Counted from the first letter of the stretch, positions 53,938-62,310 are shown. The stretch: 64,000 nucleotides of DNA from Candidatus Pacearchaeota archaeon (GCA_016181895.1 JACOYL010000009.1:3346-67345), one strand, 5' to 3'. Made by a program: numbers and translations. The notes: a model not told the origin generated them from the sequence alone.

Positions 53938-54108
53938 TTATAAATTATTTTTCTCAAAAAAATCCGCGCTGTCCTCAATTGATGCCTGTTCCAATTCAAT
54001 CATTTCTTCTTCTAAAGATAATCTTTCCTTTATGTAATCAACATCCGACTGAAGTCTCGTCAGTTTTGTCATGATTTCTTTTACATTGGCTTTTATTTCC
54101 TGTTCCAT
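53938..54108 (-). CDS. Candidate antitoxin (56 aa) upstream of mazF
   Basis: Below the track cutoff. 'MEQEIKANVKEIMTKLTRLQSDVDYIKERLSLEEEMIELEQASIEDSADFFEKNNL'. Confidence 0.4.
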   Translation of the reverse strand: MEQEIKANVKEIMTKLTRLQSDVDYIKERLSLEEEMIELEQASIEDSADFFEKNNL

Positions 54109-54194
54109 AATTTATCTAAAAATCACAATTATATAAGCTTTTTGTTAAATGAGATATATTCAGGAATCTTCCAATTTTTCAAGCGCGTTTTCAC

Positions 54195-54252
54195 CACGCC
54201 CCCGCAACCCGAGTTTTAATAATAAAAAACTTTACATCAAGTTGTCAGTTGA
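54195..54252. repeat. Direct repeat (GC box + 'tttacatcaagttgtcagttga') downstream of pilin gene 54327-54857
   Basis: The 22-mer at 54231-54252 matches 54937-54958 at 20 of 22 positions. Both are preceded by a GC-rich box. Confidence 0.6.
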
Positions 54253-54326
54253 GTACGTTTACGGAATTTTGCGCGTTAATTTTTTGCTGCTGCGAAAAAC
54301 ATGACGAAGTTTTGAGCATATTCATT

Positions 54327-54857
54327 TCAACCATTCGTCGTCGTATAAACATTTCCCTCAATTTCCTTGGAAACAATGAAAAAGAAATTTTGCCCCTCGT
54401 TCAACGTGAATGAATAACTTACTCCGTTAACAGTAATGGTTCCAGTTGGAGATGAAACAGAAATATCCCTTGTTGTAAAAATCCCCTGACTTAAAGTTAT
54501 ATCTATTCCGCTCCCGGAACTAAAATCAACATTAACAATTCCATCACTTCTTTTCTTCAATCCGGCAAAAGTTATTTCCGAAACCGTGCCAAAAATATAA
54601 TAAAAGTCGTCGGCGTTGGAATAAGTCGAGTAATCTTCTGCAAAATCAGTTAAAAGTTGTTTCATGTCGGCATCATTCATGCTTTGGCTTATCCCGTAAT
54701 CAATGGCTTTCTCGCTTTCGAATTTCAGTTCCTCGCCGACATGGTAAAATTTCACGTCGCTTTGTTTTACAACAGAGTTTGTTATCGTAGCCAATCCTGC
54801 GACAAGTCCTATGATTATTACGGAAATTATAATGAAAAATTGTCCTCTTTTGTTCAT
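54327..54857 (-). CDS. Pilin-like protein with class III signal peptide
   Basis: 'MNKRGQ/FFIIISVIIIGLVAGLATI'. The track's longer start (54908) reads through the GC-box repeat and is rejected. Confidence 0.6.
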   Translation of the reverse strand: MNKRGQFFIIISVIIIGLVAGLATITNSVVKQSDVKFYHVGEELKFESEKAIDYGISQSMNDADMKQLLTDFAEDYSTYSNADDFYYIFGTVSEITFAGLKKRSDGIVNVDFSSGSGIDITLSQGIFTTRDISVSSPTGTITVNGVSYSFTLNEGQNFFFIVSKEIEGNVYTTTNG

Positions 54858-54889
54858 GAAAAGAAATATTGAAAGAAGTTTATTAATAT

Positions 54890-54958
54890 TTCCCGCCCAC
54901 CCGCCCAAAGAGCAGACAGGTTTTAACGATAAAAATTTTACATCAAGTTTTTAGTTGA
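54890..54958. repeat. Direct repeat partner (GC-box 17-mer + 'tttacatcaagtttttagttga') upstream of the pilin gene
   Basis: The 17-mer is identical to 1680-1696. On the gene strand it reads GGGCGGGTGGGCGGGAA followed by ATATTAATAAA, i.e. BRE/TATA position. Confidence 0.6.
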
Positions 54959-55090
54959 ACAAATTTATGAAATCTTTTTTACATTAACATTTTTATGCCA
55001 ATGCGAGTTGCGAAGCAACGAGCGAATTAAGCGAGCCGAAGGCGAGTGTATGTGAAAAAGATTTAAAAGAGGTTGATTTTAAATTGTTAA

Positions 55091-56035
55091 ATGGTACAAG
55101 AAATAAAAAATGAAAAAAGTTTTTGGGACATATTAGCAGGAAATCCTGGAAAAGAAATTATAACTGTTGATGGAGAAAAAGTTGCGGAGATTAGACATGA
55201 GACTACATGGACTGGAAAGCCTGTAGATAGGGTTTATACTCCAAAAGGGGAAATAGTTTCAGAAACAAAGAAGGATACAGATTGGTTAGGAAGAGATGTA
55301 AGGGTTACTCGTGATACTGGAGGAAAGGTAATTAGCAAGCAAACAGAAACTTCTTCGGGAGCTGTAATTAAACGTTATGATGGGCGCGGTAAAATAGAGA
55401 GTACAACAGAACATAAAACAAAAATTTTGGGTGGAAGTGTTGATGTTACCAGAGATTCTCGTGGTAAAGTAGTTAGCAAGACAGAGCATATAACAGATAT
55501 TTATGGAAGACCTTTTAGTCTAACTACTTATAAAGACGAAAGGAAAGATGATAAAACCAGTGGACGTAATTCAGAAGGAAGAGTAGTTGGGGTTAGTCAT
55601 CATAAAAGAAATCTCGCGGAAATAGTCAAAGAAAAAGGGCTTGAGAAAAAAGTAACGGGAGAAAGTTATTCCAGCTCTTCAAGCGAGGAATCATATTCTG
55701 CAAAGAACAAATCAAGCGGAGTTATACCAGCCATATTAATTCTTGGGGTTCTTTCTTTTATGGGATATTGCACTTATTCAAATATCATTCGTCCAGCAGT
55801 AAACTATTGGAATGAAATAAGCAGAGAGTATGATCGAATGGTCAATGAACTGATGATTTATAACCGGTTAAAAGATAAAATAAATAATGTTGCGGACAAT
55901 AATAAAAATAAATTTCTGGATTCGTTTGAAATAAAGCAAGTTTATGAGGCTCTTGGTTTAAAGTGCAACGAACTTTGTAATTTTTTAAATTTATCTTCAC
56001 AACAAATGCAGAGATATTTGGATATGCAAAAATAA
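55091..56035 (+). CDS. Membrane protein with YD/RHS-like short repeats
   Basis: 'DVRVTRDTGGKVISKQTE' and 'SVDVTRDSRGKVVSKTEH' plus looser copies ('YDGRGKIESTTEH'). TM 'VIPAILILGVLSFMGYCTY'. Confidence 0.5.
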   Translation: MVQEIKNEKSFWDILAGNPGKEIITVDGEKVAEIRHETTWTGKPVDRVYTPKGEIVSETKKDTDWLGRDVRVTRDTGGKVISKQTETSSGAVIKRYDGRGKIESTTEHKTKILGGSVDVTRDSRGKVVSKTEHITDIYGRPFSLTTYKDERKDDKTSGRNSEGRVVGVSHHKRNLAEIVKEKGLEKKVTGESYSSSSSEESYSAKNKSSGVIPAILILGVLSFMGYCTYSNIIRPAVNYWNEISREYDRMVNELMIYNRLKDKINNVADNNKNKFLDSFEIKQVYEALGLKCNELCNFLNLSSQQMQRYLDMQK

Positions 56036-56218
56036 TAATTTTTAAATAAAATGCGAAAAATATTTAATACGATTGAAGAAGTTGTTACTGAGAAGGTGAG
56101 TGCAGAATAAAAACATCAGACAACTTTTCTTATTCTTCCGGATTTGACATCTTCCAAGCTGTCTTTGAATTGCCTTATCAAATCAAAACTCTTAAAAACC
56201 CATTTCCTTTTCTTCTTT

Positions 56219-56478
56219 CGCAGACTAGGTTGGCGGGTTAGCCCTCCGCTATTTGCAAACGGGCTTCATGGCAAACTGCGAGGAAGACGTGACAGACGCG
56301 TTGAAAAGTCTTTATTTGGACGTTGACGTTTTGTCCGCTTTGATCTTGCAGGTGCGAAACGGGTCAGGCCTTGATCGGAGCAGCCCTAAACATTTGTTAA
56401 GGTGCTTGGCGGGTTACAGGACCGAGAAAGAATGAAGGAAACTATTCAGTGTGTTTGAAGCAACCTTCCGAGTCTGCG
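56219..56478 (+). ncRNA. Signal recognition particle RNA (7S/SRP RNA), ~260 nt
   Basis: Local GC-rich island. Helix-8 motif 'GGGUCAGGCC..UCGGAGCAGCCC' (56361-56386) matches the universal GGUCAGGUCC...GGAAGCAGCC. 5' 'CGCAGACUAGG' pairs with 3' 'CCGAGUCUGCG' at 10 of 11 positions. Alu-like 5' 'GGCGGGUUAGCCCUCCGC'. TATA-like 'cttaaaaa' ~24 nt upstream. Ends approximate. Confidence 0.75.
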
Positions 56479-56484
56479 TATAAT

Positions 56485-56850
56485 ATGTTCAATCCGCTAA
56501 AACCATTTCAGAGACATGATGACAAATTTTTTGCCTTCCTTTTAGAAAACGATTTCTCGAAAGATTTGGAATTTATTACCCATTTAATTTTGATATCTGA
56601 AAGAGATACCGAGAAAATTCCTATGATAGAACCTTTATTGGATTCTCTAAGAGAAAAGTACTCAAAAGAAAACCCCTCCTATAAATATGCCTCAAAAAAT
56701 TTGAGGGATGAATATGATGAAATTAGCGGCAAAATAAACCGGATTTTGCGGTTGGACTCTTTGAGAATGAGCCACAATCCAAGAAGCAAAGTATATCAGC
56801 ATGCTTACAGGCTTTTAAGAAAAGAATTGAGTCAAATAAATTATAATTGA
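56485..56850 (+). CDS. Hypothetical protein
   Basis: ORF 56449-56850 trimmed to Met13 to clear the SRP RNA 3' end. Confidence 0.45.
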   Translation: MFNPLKPFQRHDDKFFAFLLENDFSKDLEFITHLILISERDTEKIPMIEPLLDSLREKYSKENPSYKYASKNLRDEYDEISGKINRILRLDSLRMSHNPRSKVYQHAYRLLRKELSQINYN

Positions 56851-56851
56851 T

Positions 56852-59731
56852 TTATCTCCTCCTGAAAACAGCAATAAGCAAGATTAAAACTCCGACAACC
56901 AAATTCATCCAAACCAGATATTTGTTTGCAGTGTCAAACTGTTTGTAAAATTCGCCGTTTATGTTATTCCCTTGGATTTCATTGTTCGTTGTTTCGCCAT
57001 TTTCATGATTCAAGTCGCTTGAAGATAAAAGAATTTTCTTGAATGCTGAAAATTCTGTTTTAACTTCATCAAAGCCGTCGTCAAAAACAACCTTTGCATT
57101 TAAACTATATTTTCCCTGCTCAAAATTTTCGGGAATTTTTATAGTGACGTTCCAAAATGCTTTGTCATCTTCGTCAAATTCCTCCAATTCAAAAACCTCG
57201 CTGACTATATTTATTTCCATTTCGGGAATGCTGACAACGACATAAACCTCTTCATCTCTTGTTCCGATGTTTTCAATTGAAACCCCGACATTCAAATAAT
57301 CTCCGAGATAAGCATAAGGGCTTGTCGTCAATTCTTTTATTATGACGTTGTGCTTTTCCCTTTCAGCATCAATTAAAATCGCTTCCTCATTGCATTGCGA
57401 TTCCTGATTGTTTTTTTCGTATGCTTTCATGTATAATATGTAATTGTCATTTTCATCCAAATCTCTTGGAATTTCAAGCTCGAATTCAAATTCCTCGCCT
57501 TCATTTCCTTTTATTCTCTCGTCATGGCTTTCTTTTTCTTCCTCTTTATTTTTATCAACATTGTATAAAACCGCTTTGAGAACTAGATCCTTGCTTTGCT
57601 CGTTGTTGTTTCTTACATCTGCTTCAATGTCAACAAAATCTCCAACTTCAACCTCGTCATTTTCCTCGGGGTCGTTTAAATCAATCTCCAAATTTCCCCG
57701 AACCCCTGAAATGCATTTTGCCAATCCTGTTAAGAGGCTTAAGTCAATTATCTCTCCGCTTCCGGTTACAAAGAAAGAAGAAAAATGCTCGACTTCAAAT
57801 TCGACAATTCCGTTTGCCGTCGGAAAATTTGTGTAATTAATGATTTCACAAAAATCACAATTCTGATTTATCTGGCTTGAAATACTTGTGAAACCGCTTG
57901 TAAAAAGGATTTTCGGAACGGAATTGTAACTTGCTTTAAGGGTTATTGTCGCGTTTTTGTTCAATTCAGGATATTTCGTGGTGTTTACGGCTATAATTCC
58001 ATTTTGAATTATCACGTTTCCGTCAATGTCCAAAACGTTTGTCAAATCCACGACATCGTTGAATGTGATTTTTCCGGCAGAATTCTCAAGCGTGAAATCC
58101 GATACGTTGCTCAAATCGGCAACAGCCGAAAGATTTGTCGTCGCGTTTCCCGTGAAGGAATTCATTATTGGAATTATCGTGGAAATTAAATTCCATTCTT
58201 TTGCAACTTCATTGTTTCCCAAATCGAAAACAATTACTGTTATGTTAAATTGCCCAAGATTTTGAGATTGATATAAAAAACTGCTTGTGTTTGTTTCATT
58301 CTGGATTCCGTTGACAAACCATCTATAAATTAAGGTATCTCCGCCGAAATCAACGGCAGTTACATTGAACATCTGGCTTTGATTTTGTTTTATAATAATT
58401 TGCGATTCCAAAGGACTGAAATTTGTTATCTGCGGCAATCCGTTGTTAATCAAAATTTGTGCAATCGTGCTTACATTTGCATTATTCACATTATCTATAG
58501 AACTTATATTAATAAAATAAAATCCATCCAAAAATGAAGATGTATTGAAAGAATTGTTAATCCAGTTTCCTCCGATAAATTTTGCCGGATAAGTCATGTT
58601 TCCCACGCTGAAAACAAGCGATTGAACCCCGCTTAAATCAGAAACGCTTGCATTTAAGAGAGTCATTCCGAAAATCGTTGAATTGTTTGCAGGAGAATTC
58701 AAAGTTGCTATCGGGGCGGTATTGTCGACGAAAATTGTCCCGACAAAAATTTCAACAGTATTATTTCCTGTGTCTGTTAAAGTTGTATTGATTGTATAAA
58801 TTCCGTCTGGAACAAATGGGGGAATTGTTTCTGTAAATCCTCCTTTCCAAACTTCAACATTTGAATAAACATTATTTGGACCCACAAAAAATTTAACTTG
58901 ATCAGCGCTTGAATTATGAATCTCTGTTCTTCCCCAGTCCTCAATTAATTCCGAGGCGTTCATTGTTATGTTTGCAAAGTCATAAAATCCGTCCTGGTTT
59001 GCCGGCGAGAAAATGTAATCGCTGCCGTTGAAATAAGCTCCGGAGATTGTGGTTGAGTTTAGTGTTGGAAAAACTTCGTCAAAGAATTCAACAATCTGTC
59101 CGTTAATTACTACATCATCAACATAAGACTCATGTTCCAAATATTGTGGAATCCAACCATCAATTTCTATTTGGATTTTTAATATGTTCGCGCCGGAATA
59201 ATTTATTTTCCAGTCTGCAAGTGATTTATGATTGTTATCAAATGTTGAGTCTCCGCAAGGTCCCGGAGGTCCGGAATTCAACCAGGCATAACTTAAATTT
59301 GTTAAAATTCCCTTATCATCAAAAGTGCTTAGGTTTCCTGTGGGATATGGTGCATTATCACAATTTGATTGATCAACTTTTGCATATTCAAAGACAAGAA
59401 CTTCTCCATTATCGAGAAAAATATCCGCATGTGGCAAATAACCTTGAACAACATTTGCCTGCCAAGAGATATTTTCCAAATCGATTAATGGTACTGGAAC
59501 ATCAAATGTTATGTTTATTCTTGCTTCATTTGAAGGAGGGTAACTTGTTATATTATCCGCCTGCAAATAAACAGATTCTGAACCGCTAAAATTCCAGTTT
59601 GTTGAAATTTGGGAGATTGCAGAACCTGTAACCGACAAATCCGAGGTCGTGGAAAAAGCAGAAGTAAAAATAGCAACAAGAACAAGAATCAACAATAACA
59701 CAAATACACTCTCAATCCCTCTTCCCCCCAT
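56852..59731 (-). CDS. Giant surface adhesin-like protein (959 aa), sequon-rich, with C-terminal TM anchor
   Basis: N-terminus 'MGGRGIESVFVLLLILVLVAIF'. Dozens of N-x-S/T sequons. CARDB-like segments ('GDFVDIEADVRNN', 'GDYLNVGVSIENIGTRDEEVYVVV'). C-terminus 'LVVGVLILLIAVFRRR'. Confidence 0.7.
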   Translation of the reverse strand: MGGRGIESVFVLLLILVLVAIFTSAFSTTSDLSVTGSAISQISTNWNFSGSESVYLQADNITSYPPSNEARINITFDVPVPLIDLENISWQANVVQGYLPHADIFLDNGEVLVFEYAKVDQSNCDNAPYPTGNLSTFDDKGILTNLSYAWLNSGPPGPCGDSTFDNNHKSLADWKINYSGANILKIQIEIDGWIPQYLEHESYVDDVVINGQIVEFFDEVFPTLNSTTISGAYFNGSDYIFSPANQDGFYDFANITMNASELIEDWGRTEIHNSSADQVKFFVGPNNVYSNVEVWKGGFTETIPPFVPDGIYTINTTLTDTGNNTVEIFVGTIFVDNTAPIATLNSPANNSTIFGMTLLNASVSDLSGVQSLVFSVGNMTYPAKFIGGNWINNSFNTSSFLDGFYFINISSIDNVNNANVSTIAQILINNGLPQITNFSPLESQIIIKQNQSQMFNVTAVDFGGDTLIYRWFVNGIQNETNTSSFLYQSQNLGQFNITVIVFDLGNNEVAKEWNLISTIIPIMNSFTGNATTNLSAVADLSNVSDFTLENSAGKITFNDVVDLTNVLDIDGNVIIQNGIIAVNTTKYPELNKNATITLKASYNSVPKILFTSGFTSISSQINQNCDFCEIINYTNFPTANGIVEFEVEHFSSFFVTGSGEIIDLSLLTGLAKCISGVRGNLEIDLNDPEENDEVEVGDFVDIEADVRNNNEQSKDLVLKAVLYNVDKNKEEEKESHDERIKGNEGEEFEFELEIPRDLDENDNYILYMKAYEKNNQESQCNEEAILIDAEREKHNVIIKELTTSPYAYLGDYLNVGVSIENIGTRDEEVYVVVSIPEMEINIVSEVFELEEFDEDDKAFWNVTIKIPENFEQGKYSLNAKVVFDDGFDEVKTEFSAFKKILLSSSDLNHENGETTNNEIQGNNINGEFYKQFDTANKYLVWMNLVVGVLILLIAVFRRR

Positions 59732-59796
59732 ATTTCCTCAATTCAGTTTTCATATTTAAGCATTATTGTCCTCTAAAAATATTGTTTGAAATAATG

Positions 59797-60582
59797 CTAA
59801 TAACTCTTCCACAAAACCAATTTTCCTTCCTCATCTCTGAGGAACAGAGTATCTCCTGTTCTTGTCCAGACATAATTCTCATTTTTCCAGAATAAAACAT
59901 TTTCCTTGCCAGTTTCATTGCCGACTTTTATTGTAATTTCTTTATTTCCATTTAATACAAATTTTAGAAAAATGAATTTCTTTCTTCCCTCGTCCTTTAT
60001 TTCCCAATTTGTTAAATCGCAGGAAAAATCGCATTTGTTTCCAAAAACAACAATTTCATTTTTGTAGTCAAAATTTTTCAATTCCACGCAGCTTGAACAA
60101 ATATCTTTTGATTTCTCGCACAAATTTATATTTTTCTTCAAACATTCGTTCCACGCTTCTTGGAAATTATCATAATAAACATCTTTTCCTGCGGGAAAAT
60201 AATAATTCCCGAATCCATTTTCTACAACTCCCAGATTTACATTTTCTCCATTGAGAAAAATATATGCCAGGGTTCTGTTGTACAAGTCCTTTCTTTCCTT
60301 TCCGAATTTTAATTGAACTGTTTTATTAAGAATTTCCTTTTCCAAAAATTCCTTCGCTTCACTATAATATTTCTCTTTTCTTTCCGGCGTGTTAATTCCG
60401 AGAAGCCTTATGCTTTCATTGTTCCCGATTATTGTGTCTCCGTCGACGATTCTTGAAACAAAAGCTTCTTCGTCGCTTTCCAGAAATTTTACAACAAGAC
60501 TGTCAAGGAAAGAATAATCAACTGTGAACAAAAACAGGAAAAGAAAAATCAGGAGATAAATGTCTATTCTCTTTTTGCTCAT
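59797..60582 (-). CDS. Secreted/membrane-anchored staphylococcal-type nuclease (SNase) fused to a lamin-tail-like domain
   Basis: 'VSRIVDGDTII...IRLLGINTPE...YYSEAKEFLEKEILNKTVQL...DLYNRTLAYIF' (SNase). C-terminal 'CVELKNF...CDLTNWEIKDEGRKKFIF' is LTD-like. Confidence 0.75.
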   Translation of the reverse strand: MSKKRIDIYLLIFLFLFLFTVDYSFLDSLVVKFLESDEEAFVSRIVDGDTIIGNNESIRLLGINTPERKEKYYSEAKEFLEKEILNKTVQLKFGKERKDLYNRTLAYIFLNGENVNLGVVENGFGNYYFPAGKDVYYDNFQEAWNECLKKNINLCEKSKDICSSCVELKNFDYKNEIVVFGNKCDFSCDLTNWEIKDEGRKKFIFLKFVLNGNKEITIKVGNETGKENVLFWKNENYVWTRTGDTLFLRDEEGKLVLWKSY

Positions 60583-60824
60583 AAAACAATAAAAAAATTT
60601 ATCTTAATAATCGAATAGCGGTCGGCTTTTCCTGTTTCTGAAAGAATTTTTGTTCCATCTTTTTCCCTATGCTCTCTCCAAAGTCTTTCCTCATAAGTTT
60701 CATTTCTTCTAAATGTTTGTTGTTGATTTTCAGTTCTGTTTGAATATTGTCTATTTAGTGTACAACCTCCAATTGCAACAATTCCCACAATTAATGGCGT
60801 AATTACATATTTTCTTAAATTCAT
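60579..60824 (-). CDS. Small putative lipoprotein
   Basis: 'LIVGIVAIGGC' lipobox-like signal. Overlaps the nuclease start. Confidence 0.4.
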   Translation of the reverse strand: MNLRKYVITPLIVGIVAIGGCTLNRQYSNRTENQQQTFRRNETYEERLWREHREKDGTKILSETGKADRYSIIKINFFIVL

Positions 60825-60877
60825 TATTAGTCTTGGGAAAAAGAATACTTAAACATTATTATAAAAAAGGATATATA

Positions 60878-62251
60878 TTATTCCAGGCTTCCCCTTTGCT
60901 CCGAGACAAAGAACGCCTTGTTCGACGATGTTTCATGTATCTCTCCTTCTTTTTCATAAATCGCGGTTGCTTCCGGCAATGCAAATTTTCCCATCACTCC
61001 GACTTTTGAATAAATCACGTATGAAAGCACCCTCTTTTCGCCGGGCATGAGATTGCTTATGTCCCACTCGATTCTTCTCAGTTTGTCGTTGATTCTGCTT
61101 GGTTTTTCACCGCCGAATCTCTCGTAAAGTTTTACAAGCGGCGGGATTCTATCAACGACGCTTATTCTCTCAACATGCCTTCTTGCTCCGACGACAATGG
61201 AAATCTTCAATGCAAATTCCCCGCCTTTGGCATGGACAAAAGAAACCTTTTTTCTCAAAACAAGATTTGTCATCGCATATTGCTTTACTATCACGACTAT
61301 CGCAACAATAAAGAAAATCACAAGCAGCGGGAAAAGCCAGTTTGTCCTTACCGTGATTTTCAAACTCTCTCCTGGATTTATTTCCTTTGCCCAGGTGTAA
61401 TAAACATTGAATCCCTGCCTTCTCACGGAATCCGGCTCAGGATTCAAAGTCGTGAACAATCTGGAAATAATGTTCTTTTTTATTGTTGTTTGCGATTCAG
61501 CGACGACATTTCCCTGATTTTTCTTTTCTATGACATGCGTGCCGATTAAAAATCCGTAGTCGTTCTCTGTTGTTTTCAGCAAATCCTGTTCGACAAATTT
61601 CACAACACCCTCGACCTTTGCGTCTTCATTTTTGTACGTGACATCCGCCTTCAAAGTGTAAAAACCTGCTGTTAATTTTTCAAAATCCTCCCTGTTCAAT
61701 TGAACCAAAAACTCCTTTCTCTCAAAAGCCTTCAATGGAATGTCCTGCTCCAATTCAAAAAACGGAGAATCAAAACTGACGCGAATGATGTCAAAATTAA
61801 AATTTACCTTGTTGCTTATGTACACGTTTATCGAGCTTGTTTCCGGAAATATTTCCCACGAGCCTATTTCAAAAGCGTCTTTCAAATCAATCATGTTTAT
61901 TGTGACTTTTTCGGAAACTTTTTCCTTGTTGGTTCCCTGTATGAAATATTCGAAAGTGTAAAATCCGTTGAAATTCAAATCCTCTCTTGGATAAATCATC
62001 AATTGAACGTCTTTTGTTTCGCCGCCCGCTATCAAAACAGTTCCTTTCGGCGCCATGGAAAACCCGAGAAGATTGTAAAATTCAAAGTTGTCGCTGCTTC
62101 CGAGATTTTTTACCTTCAAGTCAAAAGTTGCCGGTTCGTTCACGTTGTTTATTATCACTTCCCTTGAACCGACTTTTTGAACCTCAAGATTTATTGCCGA
62201 GAGATACGGGAGAGCCAATAACAGAATTATCAAAAAAATCAATTTTTTCAT
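60878..62251 (-). CDS. Surface/membrane protein with signal peptide and central TM
   Basis: 'MKKLIFLIILLLALPYLSA'. Ig-like beta-rich N-half. TM 'LFPLLVIFFIVAIVVIV'. The C-half resembles DUF58/DUF11-like repeats (weak). Confidence 0.5.
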   Translation of the reverse strand: MKKLIFLIILLLALPYLSAINLEVQKVGSREVIINNVNEPATFDLKVKNLGSSDNFEFYNLLGFSMAPKGTVLIAGGETKDVQLMIYPREDLNFNGFYTFEYFIQGTNKEKVSEKVTINMIDLKDAFEIGSWEIFPETSSINVYISNKVNFNFDIIRVSFDSPFFELEQDIPLKAFERKEFLVQLNREDFEKLTAGFYTLKADVTYKNEDAKVEGVVKFVEQDLLKTTENDYGFLIGTHVIEKKNQGNVVAESQTTIKKNIISRLFTTLNPEPDSVRRQGFNVYYTWAKEINPGESLKITVRTNWLFPLLVIFFIVAIVVIVKQYAMTNLVLRKKVSFVHAKGGEFALKISIVVGARRHVERISVVDRIPPLVKLYERFGGEKPSRINDKLRRIEWDISNLMPGEKRVLSYVIYSKVGVMGKFALPEATAIYEKEGEIHETSSNKAFFVSEQRGSLE

Positions 62252-62310
62252 GAAAAATCATGGAATAACTTTATTTTAAGGATTTCGGTTGTGGAAATAT
62301 TGTTTTTGAT

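Noticed and set aside
53892-53999. Upstream extension of the MazF ORF (145-aa version).
   Set aside because: It overlaps the candidate antitoxin ORF's 3' end. MazF homology begins at 'MKKGEIW' (53891).
54858-54908. Upstream extension 'MGGWAGNINKLLSIFLF' of the pilin ORF.
   Set aside because: It is encoded by the GC-box repeat and the promoter-like AT stretch. The class III signal 'MNKRGQ' starts at 54857.
56144-56435. Two 60-aa ORFs (56144-56326 and 56253-56435) on the plus strand.
   Set aside because: They lie entirely within the GC-rich SRP RNA gene and its promoter. Their Arg/Gly/Leu-rich composition comes from the RNA's GC content.
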